From a virus (taxonomy: Duplodnaviria; Caudoviricetes), in IMG/VR virus record IMGVR_UViG_3300012979_001162, positions 32,001-96,000 of that record: DNA of 64,000 bases; one strand, given 5' to 3'. The position numbers and the translations under genes were made by a program. The first letter of the stretch is position 1; every line of letters begins with the position of its first letter. Positions 26,980 to 38,400 of the stretch are shown one piece after another. The notes beneath the pieces were generated by a model that made no database searches, had not been told where the DNA came from, and saw only the letters and a program-made list of their open reading frames with translations.

Positions 26980-27428
26980 CGTTTGTTCCTTTCTTCTTTT
27001 ATAATTTCCCAAGCTCTCGCTTGTACCATATCCCAAAATTTGCAATTTGGAATTTTGGTATTTAAAATCTTTTCAAGGCGTTCTGGCTCTAATTTATGCC
27101 TATACTTTTCGCTAATGCAGGGTGGACCAGGCATACCACTGTGGTTTATGCAATACTCCCAAAAATCAGATTTACCAGAGTATCTACCCTCAATAACCCA
27201 CAAACGATTACCTGTGATGTGAATGGAAGTCCTCTTTCCTGTCCAAAATTCTGCGTTGATAACTTTGCCATTGTAGGTTATTCCGCCTCCATAGCATAAT
27301 TCCCAGCGGTCACAGAATCCACCGTCTATATGTTCGGGCCCTGCACCAGCGGGCTCGTTACCGAGCCAAACCTCGTCTGGTATCCAGTCAACTGGTTTAC
27401 AGCGAATTATTTCCTCACGACTCTTCAT
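26976..27428 (-). CDS. Hypothetical protein
   Basis: GAGGAGG RBS, ATGA overlaps. Confidence 0.6.
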   Translation of the reverse strand: MKSREEIIRCKPVDWIPDEVWLGNEPAGAGPEHIDGGFCDRWELCYGGGITYNGKVINAEFWTGKRTSIHITGNRLWVIEGRYSGKSDFWEYCINHSGMPGPPCISEKYRHKLEPERLEKILNTKIPNCKFWDMVQARAWEIIKEERNKR

Positions 27429-27480
27429 TGTCTGCCCTCCTCAAATTTCGTTCTTTCTACCTCTTTCATTTCTTTTCTCC

Positions 27481-27561
27481 AATCATTTTGAACTGTAATT
27501 AGTATATCATACATTTTCCAATTGTCAAGGGGTTTATGTAATTGTTTACATTTCGTTTACA
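27481..27561 (-). promoter_or_regulatory. Modular promoter (WalR-type repeat, TTGACA/TATACT, operator)
   Basis: Repeat 27545-27561; motif 27481-27496. Confidence 0.78.
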
Positions 27562-27630
27562 ATTACACCCCAAAGGCAAAATCCAATGGGGTATAATTCG
27601 TCCGAAAAAGTGTATAGTTTTAGTGACGAG

Positions 27631-30600
27631 TTATTCGATGGTGTAGGAGGTGAGCCAGATGTCCTCTCGGCTATAATCTTGTACCCAATTCTCTCCGTCC
27701 TTTTTCCACGCAGGCTTCTTCGTTGTACGGTAGTCAACAATCATTCCAGAAGAAAGAGGGTTGCTCTCGTAGTCTTTTTTCTTTAATTTTACGCTAACCG
27801 TCTGTCCATCATAGAGTCGGTACAGTGAGAGCCTAGGCGTGTACTTTGTATTGATATCCAAGATGACTGCCTTAGTAGGTTTGGTGGGATCGATATGCGA
27901 CACATACCCAAGCATTTCTTGTTCTGTTTGAATCTTGGTTAGTAATGGAATGTCTTGGTCGGGAATGCGATTACACAAGTCTGCAAGCATTGCATCCATA
28001 TGATCCTCGTCAAATTTAAACATCTTTTCAGTTTCAGAGACACAGTACTGGGTCAATATCTCCATAGGCAATGTGGTTTTTTCTTTCTTAACTTGTTTCT
28101 TTCCATGAAGAAGATTATATAAGTCAACAATCTTAAGTAATTTCAAAGAGCCACCAAACTCCTCTCGGAAGAAGTCGAGTTTTATGAGTATTTCTAACTG
28201 ACGTGAGTTCAGAGGTGACACATTGAGGAAATCAATAAAACTATTAAACTGAGTATCTTTCATATTATACAATGCTTCGGAGACATCTGCATTAAGATAC
28301 TTAATCGACTCAAGCCCCTTATAGATGCTATTCGTTGCCTTATCCATTTGATAGCCACTACGAGAATATCTAAACTTAGGAGGTTGAATTTTAATTCCTA
28401 CTTTATTTGCATACTTTGTAATGGCTACAATCTTATCCTCTTTGCCGGTGAAAGTATTGAAGGCTGCCGTTAAAAATTCAAGGGGATAATAGTGGCGCAA
28501 GTATCCACACACATAACCAATACAACTGTACGCATCGGAATGGTTCCAGCTAAATCCGTATGAGGACGCATCGAGAATAATCTGTAGGAATGGCTTAATA
28601 ACCTCTTGGCATCTTTCTTTAGTAATATCATAATGCGTTGACGAATACTCAATAAATCTACGCTCAATCTCAGGAAGAAGCTGTTCTGTACCTTTCTTCT
28701 TTGCAATACCACGACGAACATTATCGGATTCGGCACTAGAATATCCACAAAAATCTGTTAAGAAACGCATGATTGTCTCTTGCATACACACTCGTCCAGC
28801 TTCAGGAGCAAGAAAGTCATTCAGTTCCTTAAAACCATTATCATAGAACACACCGTCTGCTACTTCATCGCGATAACTTGCACAAGCTGGTCTCAATAAA
28901 CCATTGCCAAATGAGAACCACTTAATATAAGAAAAGTTCTTACTTTGTTCTCTTGCTTTGGCAACCACCGTATCAGACATAAATCTCTTGAGATAAGCCG
29001 CAGCGCTATCGGACTCCCACTGGAATATCATTGTAGTATCATCTCGAATGCTACGCCAAACTGCTTCATCCTCAAGGTCTACATTATCCGGAGTCAATCT
29101 ATCAATACCTACAAGTTTGCAACATTCATTAATTACACCAATGTTATCTAGCCCAAGGATATCAAGCTTGACATACATTTGGTCATCGAGGCCGTGCATA
29201 TCTAACATTGACACAGGATAATCAGATGTAGAAAGACTACACAGCCCAACATCTGCCTCAATTTCTTTATCACTTACGAGAACTCCACTTGGGTGAGAGC
29301 CGATAGAAACGATAGTTCCAGAAACAATGTCTACATACTTAAATACTTCTGGATATTTTTCTTTCCATTTATCATCAATGGTTCCATCAATGTTTACTGC
29401 ATCGCTAATCTGCTGTGCTTCATCAAGAGAAATATTAAGAGCTCTACACACGTCCTTGATTGCACCCTTTGTTGCAATGGTGTTGAATGTAATAATCTCA
29501 CTCGTCTTGATATGAGGCAAATTCATTCTATCATGCAACAGGAAGTACTTAATCTTTTCTCTATCCTTTGAACAGTAGTCTGTATCTATATCAGCATTGG
29601 TAACACGCCCGGGGTTCATAAAACGGAAGAAGTTTAAATCAAACTTCAAACTGTCCATCTGAGTAATACCAAGCGCATAAGCAATAAGGCTGCCAGACAC
29701 AGATCCACGTCCGTAACCACACTGAATATCGTTTTCTCGCTCCCACTCTCTAAGGTAAGTTTCAAGTAGCATAAAGTCAATGGCTCCAACCTTTTTATAA
29801 ACCTCATACTCTTCTCTGATTTGCTTAACCACTTGGGCGCTCGGATAGCGAGACTTTAGATGTGGATGTTTCTTATACGCCTCGTTAATCTTCGTCTTAA
29901 ATGTCTTATCGGGATCGTCATAAATATGAGGATACTTTGTCTGTCTATCTACCTCAAAAGTTTCAACCATATCTGCAATTTTGTTAGTATTTTCAATCGC
30001 TTCAAGATAAATTTCCTTAGGCAGTGAATCTTGCTTTTCATATGTTTCACACAATTCGTCATAAGACTTGAAGGTCAAATCCCACCCCTCTTCATCATCA
30101 AAGCGAATATTCTTACTAAGCTGAAGAATCTTTCGTCCTTCGGCATGCTCCTCATTTAGGGAGTGTGTATCCGTACACGCTACAAGTTGCAAACCATACG
30201 TCTTACTAAGATTATATAATTTTTGGTTATACACTTTCTGGTCCGAAACATTATGGTGCTGAATCTCTAAGAAGCATCTATTCTTGTTCTTCATTATAAA
30301 ATCAATAAACTGCTTTTGAATGTTATCAGACGCACGATTCAAGATGCCGCCAAGGCAAGCGGTAGAAATGATTACATTGTCAGATGTGTTGAGCAGATCA
30401 GCAAACTCGATCCTCGGAGCATAGTAGTAATGTCCATCCTTACGATTAAACGACTTACTCGCAAGTCTATTAATTTCCTTTACTCCATCAAAGTTTCTTG
30501 CGATAAGCAAACAGTGCCAATTATCACGAAGTTTAATAGGATTACCATCCTCATCAACATCAATCTTTTCAGTTATGTAAAACTCTGCGGCATGGATATA

Positions 30601-30798
30601 TTTCATCCCAGCTTTTTCAATAGCCTCTTTCTTACCGTGCCAATCGAACACCGAACCATGCTCGCTGAGTGCGAGAGCAGTCATACCGAGCTCTTGAGCT
30701 CTCTTAACATAGTCTTGATATTTAGTAACTGAATCAATGTTGGTAACTCCATTTGACATATCTGAGTGCAAATGCAGTACCGTATAATTATTATTCAT
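27631..30798 (-). CDS. dnaE: DNA polymerase III alpha subunit (DnaE type, SPbeta YorL-like)
   Basis: PHP domain LHLHS...SEHG...TDTH; GRGS, ADIDTD, HPSG, KLDILGL, YGFSWNHS. Confidence 0.95.
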   Translation of the reverse strand: MNNNYTVLHLHSDMSNGVTNIDSVTKYQDYVKRAQELGMTALALSEHGSVFDWHGKKEAIEKAGMKYIHAAEFYITEKIDVDEDGNPIKLRDNWHCLLIARNFDGVKEINRLASKSFNRKDGHYYYAPRIEFADLLNTSDNVIISTACLGGILNRASDNIQKQFIDFIMKNKNRCFLEIQHHNVSDQKVYNQKLYNLSKTYGLQLVACTDTHSLNEEHAEGRKILQLSKNIRFDDEEGWDLTFKSYDELCETYEKQDSLPKEIYLEAIENTNKIADMVETFEVDRQTKYPHIYDDPDKTFKTKINEAYKKHPHLKSRYPSAQVVKQIREEYEVYKKVGAIDFMLLETYLREWERENDIQCGYGRGSVSGSLIAYALGITQMDSLKFDLNFFRFMNPGRVTNADIDTDYCSKDREKIKYFLLHDRMNLPHIKTSEIITFNTIATKGAIKDVCRALNISLDEAQQISDAVNIDGTIDDKWKEKYPEVFKYVDIVSGTIVSIGSHPSGVLVSDKEIEADVGLCSLSTSDYPVSMLDMHGLDDQMYVKLDILGLDNIGVINECCKLVGIDRLTPDNVDLEDEAVWRSIRDDTTMIFQWESDSAAAYLKRFMSDTVVAKAREQSKNFSYIKWFSFGNGLLRPACASYRDEVADGVFYDNGFKELNDFLAPEAGRVCMQETIMRFLTDFCGYSSAESDNVRRGIAKKKGTEQLLPEIERRFIEYSSTHYDITKERCQEVIKPFLQIILDASSYGFSWNHSDAYSCIGYVCGYLRHYYPLEFLTAAFNTFTGKEDKIVAITKYANKVGIKIQPPKFRYSRSGYQMDKATNSIYKGLESIKYLNADVSEALYNMKDTQFNSFIDFLNVSPLNSRQLEILIKLDFFREEFGGSLKLLKIVDLYNLLHGKKQVKKEKTTLPMEILTQYCVSETEKMFKFDEDHMDAMLADLCNRIPDQDIPLLTKIQTEQEMLGYVSHIDPTKPTKAVILDINTKYTPRLSLYRLYDGQTVSVKLKKKDYESNPLSSGMIVDYRTTKKPAWKKDGENWVQDYSREDIWLTSYTIE

Positions 30799-31748
30799 AT
30801 AGCCACCTCATAATCTTTATATTTAGATAATTTCATATATGACTTACTGTCATAAATCATCACGCCCTCTTTATTTAGATGGTATCTTATATATGTTTCC
30901 GTCACCGAAAGATGTTTTGCTAAGGCTGCGGCATTTGTAAATACCACCTTGTCTTCGACGCATATCACAGGAATGACTTTAGAATTAAGCAAACACACAT
31001 CAATCAAATAGTTTAATCTATAATCATCATTTAAATACTCCTCTGAATATAAGACCCAATGTTTGCCACCAGCTGTTCTTACTGGGTGCTTAAGTGCCAC
31101 CGTTACACTACCCTCGCATTTAATATTGTATTTCTGCATAGCAAATTTAATACAATCAAACACCTCTCCGGTCTCTATACATATAACTCGTGTTGCCTTT
31201 GGATTATTTTCATTAGCAGATAACCCATTTGTTTTACGTGTCTCACTTAAATGCTGCTTCATTTCCTCCGTCCAATAATTTCCATAGTTTGGATTATTGT
31301 CGCCCTGTACAAGTTGTGCAATCTTCTCTCTGAACTCTTTAGATTTATATGGACCGTTTTCGTCGGCGCGAATTGCGATCATCTTTTCTCTAAAATCCTC
31401 ATCTTGCCACTGTGCCCTATGAATATCTGACTGTTTCTTTTTAAATTCTTCGGGAGCAACCCATCCGGTAGATCCCTCTCCGCCATCTGTTTGATTGGTT
31501 AAACGAAAGTCGGTATTTTCCTTGTACCATTTAATCGTTTCTTGTTCCTTTTGAAAGGCTTCTGATTCTGTGAGGTTTTCATAGATTTTCTTTGCATTAC
31601 AGTTATGAGATGTATACATATTAGTAAAGAACTTATTTCTACCAGACACTTGTTTATATCTTCTACCTTTACCTTTTCCTACATAAAACACTTCGTTTGT
31701 TTCTGTAATATACCAAATATATACATAATACAATCTTTCGTTGTCCAT
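30795..31748 (-). CDS. GIY-YIG homing endonuclease
   Basis: YVYIW...FYVGKG...R, LTNQTDGGEG, NPNYG, VICIETGEVF. Confidence 0.85.
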   Translation of the reverse strand: MDNERLYYVYIWYITETNEVFYVGKGKGRRYKQVSGRNKFFTNMYTSHNCNAKKIYENLTESEAFQKEQETIKWYKENTDFRLTNQTDGGEGSTGWVAPEEFKKKQSDIHRAQWQDEDFREKMIAIRADENGPYKSKEFREKIAQLVQGDNNPNYGNYWTEEMKQHLSETRKTNGLSANENNPKATRVICIETGEVFDCIKFAMQKYNIKCEGSVTVALKHPVRTAGGKHWVLYSEEYLNDDYRLNYLIDVCLLNSKVIPVICVEDKVVFTNAAALAKHLSVTETYIRYHLNKEGVMIYDSKSYMKLSKYKDYEVAI

Positions 31749-31776
31749 CCAATCACTCTCCAATCATTCTGTATCG

Positions 31777-32109
31777 TTACCATTCGTCTTCTTCGCTTGT
31801 AATTACACACTCGTCGCAATTATCACTACAAAACTCGCCGTCCCATTGATAATAAATCAACATTCTCTGCTCTTTATTTAGATTAAGCAGCCTATGTGCA
31901 ATTTCAAGGCAGATGGTCTTATCGTGTCTATTAGCATTTTCTTCTCTATTGCAATATTCAATACACCATTGCAAATCATCATCGTCTATGTTGCCATCAT
32001 CCAACACAATGTGAAGCATACCACCGCAGCCCTCACCCATATCATCATATAAAGTTTTAACGAGTTTGCAGATTTCCGTAACTTCTTCCGACCAATACTT
32101 ACACTTCAT
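31777..32109 (-). CDS. Hypothetical protein (GGMLHIVLDDGN motif)
   Basis: GAGGAG RBS. Confidence 0.6.
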   Translation of the reverse strand: MKCKYWSEEVTEICKLVKTLYDDMGEGCGGMLHIVLDDGNIDDDDLQWCIEYCNREENANRHDKTICLEIAHRLLNLNKEQRMLIYYQWDGEFCSDNCDECVITSEEDEW

Positions 32110-32125
32110 ATCTTAATCTCCTCAA

Positions 32126-32575
32126 TCATTTTGTCTTGCTTAACAATGGCCATTCTTCTGCCAATGTAAACTCTTGTATAGTATTTTTTCTCTTGTCTCT
32201 TTTATAACACATTTTATCATTTTTGACAAAAAAATGACCCCTTACTGTCATAGCCCCGGCAATAATCTTTGCTTCGTCTGGCAAAGTTGAATCAATTAAT
32301 ATATAATCATATCTTTTACCACGAGGATAAGGGTAATCTAAAGAAATAAGCTCCATCCAACTATTATTATTTCTAGGTCTATCGAAACGAATTCGTAATA
32401 ACCCTATAACATGTCTATCAAAAGGTAAGTCTGACACCAATCCGTCGTCTACAATTCGATGAATATCTTTGGCACTATTAAACCAAATTCCCACCCTACA
32501 TCTTTCTTTACGACATTGTTTGGATGCAATTTTAATTAAATCAGAAATGCTTTTTGCATTCTTTATTTTCTTCAT
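32126..32575 (-). CDS. Hypothetical protein
   Basis: GAGG RBS; RGKRYDYILID segment. Confidence 0.55.
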   Translation of the reverse strand: MKKIKNAKSISDLIKIASKQCRKERCRVGIWFNSAKDIHRIVDDGLVSDLPFDRHVIGLLRIRFDRPRNNNSWMELISLDYPYPRGKRYDYILIDSTLPDEAKIIAGAMTVRGHFFVKNDKMCYKRDKRKNTIQEFTLAEEWPLLSKTK

Positions 32576-32586
32576 AGTAATACCTC

Positions 32587-32739
32587 TTAAGCTTCAATTC
32601 CAAACTGTTCATACAGTCTTCCTTGAGCTTCTAAAAGAGCGCCCCAAGCCTCTTTGTCGGAGTAATACATAGCCAACTGAATAGCAGTATCAATCTTGTA
32701 TTTAATGTCAGTAACATCGTAAAATGAATTTTTGCTCAT
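32587..32739 (-). CDS. Small hypothetical protein (50 aa, not in ORF track)
   Basis: MSKNSFYDVTDIKYKIDTAIQ...; GAGAGG RBS after promoter. Confidence 0.55.
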   Translation of the reverse strand: MSKNSFYDVTDIKYKIDTAIQLAMYYSDKEAWGALLEAQGRLYEQFGIEA

Positions 32740-32753
32740 TTATCTTACCTCTC

Positions 32754-32833
32754 AATCATTTTGTTGTGTATAGAATAGCACCAAAGTTCAAGTTTGTCAA
32801 GATACTTCGGTGCTAATTTACAATTTATTTACA
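32754..32833 (-). promoter_or_regulatory. Modular promoter (WalR-type repeat, TTGACA/TATTCT, operator)
   Basis: Repeat 32817-32833; motif 32754-32769. Confidence 0.78.
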
Positions 32834-32834
32834 A

Positions 32835-33251
32835 TTAAGTTTCATTTTTAAGTCTTTCCATATACTCTGCCGTACCATTGTACTCTCTCAACATCTTTTC
32901 TTTATGTATTTCATATGCTTTAAGCAAATATTCCGACGAATAAGGGTTGATACCGTATGGTTTCCAACTATCTATTATTTCTTCTAATGTAATATAATCA
33001 TCTTGGATACTTGGATCATATTTGGCCATATCCATATAATAATCCAAACATTCACAGTATAGTTTAATAAGAAAAGTTTTGCCAAAATTTCTAGGTGTAT
33101 CTGTTATTTTGCCTTCACATAAATTACCTAAAAATTTCTTTTGTGCCTCTGAAAGTACAACCGGGTATTTATTTTTAAATATTTCTCCCCATATATGTGG
33201 ATCTCTTTTGGGATGCTCTATATAATCCAAACACATATCCAATGTAATCAT
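32835..33251 (-). CDS. Hypothetical protein with PRNFGKT P-loop-like segment
   Basis: ATGA-coupled ORF. Confidence 0.55.
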   Translation of the reverse strand: MITLDMCLDYIEHPKRDPHIWGEIFKNKYPVVLSEAQKKFLGNLCEGKITDTPRNFGKTFLIKLYCECLDYYMDMAKYDPSIQDDYITLEEIIDSWKPYGINPYSSEYLLKAYEIHKEKMLREYNGTAEYMERLKNET

Positions 33252-33853
33252 ACTTCTTCCTCCTCGGTGTTGTTATTTTCATTCAAAAATGCCGTAAACT
33301 CGTCATACTTTCTTTGCTTAATTTTACCGGGCTTCCCTTTGATGTCGTAGGCAAGATACTTATCGAATAGCTCTGCAACATATTTTCTCGCATTCTCATA
33401 ACCCTTGGAGAGACCTTCCCTGTATCCCTTGGGGCTTTTACCCTCGGCAAGATTAAACTTGCCCTCCCCCTGAGATCCGCCCGTAACATTACGCAATTGC
33501 CAGCCCTCGTCGGCATACTGCTTGATATAATACTGTTCCTTCTCGTTGCACTCCTCCTCAGGGCAATAGCACAATACCGTTATCTTGTATCCGAATGGAT
33601 TCGTCTCTTCATTATACAGCCCGTATTTACGAATACTCAAATCAATCCACTGCTTATAACCACCAAGGTGCTCTGCAAGGCGCGTTAAGACGCTCTTAGA
33701 GGCGAGGCCTATATATGCAAATTTAAACCCCTGCTCGTTAATACGATAAAAGCAATATATCCCGCTCTCCTTCTTTGCATCTGGGCAGACCCGTAGTATC
33801 TTCTTTTCATTTTCTGCTTTAATTGCATATATCTGTCTGTAATTCGTAGCCAT
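33248..33853 (-). CDS. GIY-YIG family nuclease
   Basis: SGIYCFYR...AYIGLA...RL..H...EQYYI...N. Confidence 0.8.
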   Translation of the reverse strand: MATNYRQIYAIKAENEKKILRVCPDAKKESGIYCFYRINEQGFKFAYIGLASKSVLTRLAEHLGGYKQWIDLSIRKYGLYNEETNPFGYKITVLCYCPEEECNEKEQYYIKQYADEGWQLRNVTGGSQGEGKFNLAEGKSPKGYREGLSKGYENARKYVAELFDKYLAYDIKGKPGKIKQRKYDEFTAFLNENNNTEEEEV

Positions 33854-33864
33854 AACTAGTCTCC

Positions 33865-35466
33865 TTAATCATTTTGTTGTGTATATTCATCAATCGTAAG
33901 TTGGAGGAATTTGTTTCGTCCGTAAAACGGATTAGCAAGCACGCCTACCGCCACAATCTCGCCATCATTACCAAGAGTCTGCCAATCCATACAGTTCCAC
34001 TTAACAATAATAACTCCAGTCTCATTGTCAATAATTTTTAAATGTTTCTTAGTCGAAAATGTACTTACCTCATAATCATTAGTTCTCACCAATACCTTAA
34101 CTGGAGGAAAGCCTTCACCGCTTATACGATTAATTGCGTTCAGTTGCTTCACCAAATTCTCGTTAATCTGGCTCGGAGCAAGTTCTATGTCTGCCTCTAT
34201 ATTAACAGAGAACTCAACATCTTTTAGCTCTTCCTCTATAACCTCTTTGAACTGTTCAAACTTATCTATATCTATAAATGCACCCGCGGCATTAGGGTGC
34301 CCCTGACAAAGACACGATCCCGTACCATTTGCAATCTCAAGGAAGTTCTCCGTTCCCACGCTTCTCATACTACCTGCATATTGTCCGTCTTTTATTTTCA
34401 ATATAAACAACGGTCTTTGATATATCGAGAGCAACTTGTTACCGAGAAGCCCCGTAATTTCCGCATCCGTGTCATTGTCGAGCATAAAGAACATACACTT
34501 TCTATCAAGTTGGGATTCGCCTTGCTCAAGTAATCCATCGAGCATTTCTGCTACAACCTTATTCTGCTCTTCTCTGCAATTCTTCAGATCCTTAACTAAC
34601 CCATCAATCTCGTCCTCATCTTCTGCGAGAAAAACGTTCATCGCCTTTTCATTCTGATGCATTCTCATAGCAGCATTAACTAGTGGTCCAATACTAAAAC
34701 TCACCGACTGGCTATCAAATGTATAGTTCCCAACCATCTTTTGTACCATAGGATTCCTAAATTGGGCGAGTCCTCGATATGCAATGTATCTATTTTCTGG
34801 TTCTGCCATACTTGACATATCTGCAATCAATCCTATTGCTGCGTATGCCCATAGGTCGTCGCTATAATCGGTCAAATTTTGATAGTCACAGTATTGCACG
34901 AATTTTAGACAAACGCCAGCCCCTGACAAGAACTCATTCGGATATCCATTTGCAGAACTCACGAGCACGAAATCCAATCCGGCATCAAATAGTCTCTGCT
35001 CAGGCAAGTGGTGGTCGAATACTACAAGCTTCACACCAGTATTGAGTATTCTCTTGTAAACCGAAGGATCGTTATTAAGAGAATCAACAATTATCATTAC
35101 GTCAACACCTTCAAGCAACTTCAAATCAAAATCCTCGGCACCGTGTTTTTTACCATCATTGATAACACATTCAACATCGGCTCCACACCTACGTAAATAC
35201 CGTGTTATAATAGCATTCGAACTGCAACCATCTGCATCTACATCTGCCAACACTAGGAACTTATCCCCCATTGTAATTGCATCGTCTATAATTTGATATG
35301 CATCATCAAGCCCCTTAAGTTTTTCAAAGGGTATCATATCGTCCTCGGTAGGTTTGAGAAAATCGCTAACATCCTCAATTCCTCTCGCATCAAGTATGGC
35401 CTCAATTATTTCAAAATCATCTTCCATCTGTCTGCCATCGAGTTTGGCAGTTAACACTTTTTGCAT
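33865..35466 (-). CDS. recJ: RecJ-like ssDNA exonuclease (DHH/DHHA1; YorK-like)
   Basis: DVDADG, IVD, FDHH, SGAGV, IAD, GPLVNA, GSMRS, GHPNAAG. Confidence 0.92.
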   Translation of the reverse strand: MQKVLTAKLDGRQMEDDFEIIEAILDARGIEDVSDFLKPTEDDMIPFEKLKGLDDAYQIIDDAITMGDKFLVLADVDADGCSSNAIITRYLRRCGADVECVINDGKKHGAEDFDLKLLEGVDVMIIVDSLNNDPSVYKRILNTGVKLVVFDHHLPEQRLFDAGLDFVLVSSANGYPNEFLSGAGVCLKFVQYCDYQNLTDYSDDLWAYAAIGLIADMSSMAEPENRYIAYRGLAQFRNPMVQKMVGNYTFDSQSVSFSIGPLVNAAMRMHQNEKAMNVFLAEDEDEIDGLVKDLKNCREEQNKVVAEMLDGLLEQGESQLDRKCMFFMLDNDTDAEITGLLGNKLLSIYQRPLFILKIKDGQYAGSMRSVGTENFLEIANGTGSCLCQGHPNAAGAFIDIDKFEQFKEVIEEELKDVEFSVNIEADIELAPSQINENLVKQLNAINRISGEGFPPVKVLVRTNDYEVSTFSTKKHLKIIDNETGVIIVKWNCMDWQTLGNDGEIVAVGVLANPFYGRNKFLQLTIDEYTQQND

Positions 35467-35471
35467 CTATA

Positions 35472-38400
35472 TCACTTCTCCTTATTCAAAACCTTTGCCA
35501 CATCGCAACATAGTTCGTAAAAACTTTTATCGTTACCATCCGAGTCAATTACCTCAATATCAAACTGCGAAAGTATCGATACTGCCCTTTCAAAAAGCTC
35601 ATCGCCGTTTTTACACGATAATATGCTTAAAATTTCTAGCATTCCCATACTCATGACTTTAACTCCCCATCAAAATTTGTATTATGTTGTTTGGTCCATT
35701 GCTCATAATAATCCTGTATACTATCAATCTCCTCTGTAGCGAGACTCGTCCCATAAGTAATCTGCATCTCAGATCCTTGACACGGACACACATCCACCCA
35801 CGGAGCCACTCCTCGTCCGCACACAGGGCAAATCCAACCTTCCTGCTTACTAGCGCTCTGAGGAAATGGCTTCCATTCAGAGGGTCTATATACCAAATCA
35901 TTGACCGCAAAACTACAACTTGGGCAATGATAGTTACCACCCGTAGTATTCTCCATTTCTTTTCCACATCTAATACACTGCATAATTAACCCTCCATTTT
36001 GGTTGCAAATTTATCACAGTATCTAGTACAAAACCAAACAGGCAACTTTAACGCATCCTCACTTAAATCTTTTGTAAAGTATGTCCATTTGAGATGTTTA
36101 TGCTCGGTTTTCTGATACCATTTTTCATCAGTGTCAGTTTCGTCAATTCTACCACAAATAGTACAAACTTTAGTAGGCAATCTGCTCTCTTTTGCTATTT
36201 GTTTACCTGTGTGAATATCGGGTACCTCATAATGTCGAACAAGCAACACTGTTTCATAAGTATGTTTATGATCGGCACGTGGTTGACCTTTCTTCTTTGA
36301 TTTCTTTTTATATGTCGGAATCTCGTCATCAATTAAATTTATTTTGTCGCCCATCATTCTACCTCACTTTCAAGCCACATTTTAATAATATCTTTGCAAT
36401 CCGGTACATCTTCTTGCTCTGGCAAGAAGCGGCAATTGCCATAAATTTCGCAGTACGCACAAGGAAATTGTCTAGAATCATCTGCCGACTTACACATAAT
36501 AGATTCACACTTCTTGCAGTATTGCTCATCCCACCATTGACTCCAAGGCGAATTGTCCCACATTCCATTTGTATCAAGCCACTCTGCCAGTTCTTCTACC
36601 GACATTGATTTTAATCTTTCAAAGTTATTCATTCTCTTCCTCCGTCCAATCCAACGCTTGCCCACAATCACAATGATGCTCAGGATAATCAATTTCTTGA
36701 TTTCCACAACAAGGACACTCATATCCCCAATCGTCATTTGGTGTAGGAGAAAAATAATGTCTATACTCCCAACTGATTGGCTTCTTCGGAATCTGCTTTT
36801 CCAGTGCCTCCTTGATGATTTTCAGTTCATTTTCATCATGCGTACCTAGGTCGATATATCCATATTCTAACTGAGAGTTAATATGTCGCAAGGCTTCTTT
36901 CCTATCTTGATCCGTCATACCGTCACCTCAATCTCATTTAACTTCTTTTCAATCTCTTTAAGTTGCTCTTCTGCATTTCTGTCCTTGCACCGAATTGACC
37001 AATAACTTCCACTTCCCCAATTAGTATACTTATAATACCATTTATTATCCCTCAATGCATAAATACAATCACTTCCTTGCACTTCCGTCACGCCGAGCCG
37101 ATTTGCCTTATCTCGCAACTCGTTATATTTCTGCAACTTCTGATTAAACTTAAAAATTCTCTTGGCAGCCGGAACGCCACCTTTCTTGTTTTCCTGTTCA
37201 AATTCATCACACACGGTCTCGCGCGTAATGTAACAATTGTACTTGTAGCACCATCTTTCCGTCTTTGCAACATCATAATGTGCTGCGTGGTCGCTGGGTT
37301 TCTTCGGCTTATTAGAGTGCATACAGTTGCCACAGCATTTTGCAAACGTCAAATTCATAATTCCACCTCACCCAAAAGCATAATTGCCGAAATGATCAAC
37401 AATCGGCTCAATAATCTCAAACGCTCTCGTATCATCATTCCATTTAAAGAAAATTCTTTCCTCGGCGAGATTATACAAACCCTCTGTAATATGCTCTATT
37501 ACGGCATAATCATAAAGGCATTCACGAATATCCAAGTTGTTAAGCTCCACCATTCTAATTGCTACATCTCTATCGTTGTAGTACCCAAAGGTTCGATGAG
37601 AACCGAGGTCGGGCCAACCGTCCTTATCTATTTCATATTTCTGAAAACAAGTTATAAAATACATTTAATCGTCCTCCACATAATCATCAATAATCACGCA
37701 ACCGTCCATCTCATTAAAGCCAATACCAACGTGAGTTGCGTGGACATACCTTCCACATCCCGGAATCATCACCACGCAGTTCTCTGGAAACTGCTCCAAT
37801 TTCTTTTTAAGTTCTTTTACTGTCATAACTACCTCTTAAAACTCTATTTTTATATGTTGATAAATATATCATCTTGTTTCATTTTTTCGAGAGTGTCGTT
37901 AAGCTTATCCATATTACAACCATCATCACACTTTCTATATAATTTTCTATCATCTCTGTTAACAAGCAATTCGCAATCCCAAGTACAAATGAAGTCCCAT
38001 TTCATATTAAAAGGACGCTGCCACCAAGGATTTACATCTTTTGGCTCTGTCTTCCAAAATCCATACTCTTTGAGATTGTTTAAATCATAATCTTCTTTAA
38101 TAATGTATCCTGTAAAATCTTTATACATAATTACCTCTTAAAATTCGCATTTTATTCGCCATCAAGTTCAAAATCACCATTCAAAAGGTCACGAACAGTT
38201 ATATATACTCCCTGCAAATCATAACGTCTAACCCATTCATGCTCATTCTGATGACGTTCTGCACAACGCATAAAAGTTTCCTGTCTGTTAATTTCTCTGT
38301 CGCACATACTTACGACAAGTTTTACTCTTTCTTCTAATGTCATATATTTAATCCTCTTTTGCAACTTCAAATTCTTGCTCTTTCGAAAGCCACTCTTTTA

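Noticed and set aside
27425-27469. 14-codon mini-ORF with RBS (MKEVERTKFEEGRQ) as a leader peptide
   Set aside because: No attenuator structure or regulatory codons; best explained as an internal-deletion remnant
37077-38090. 337-aa + strand ORF and other long antisense ORFs (47174-47800, 59899-60456, 10662-11174)
   Set aside because: Shadows of - strand genes: no RBS, biased composition, no motifs
37830-38156. TAAAA-N-TTTTAAGAGGTA junction repeats near 37831 and 38132
   Set aside because: Only two clear copies, largely explained by RBS and AT-rich context
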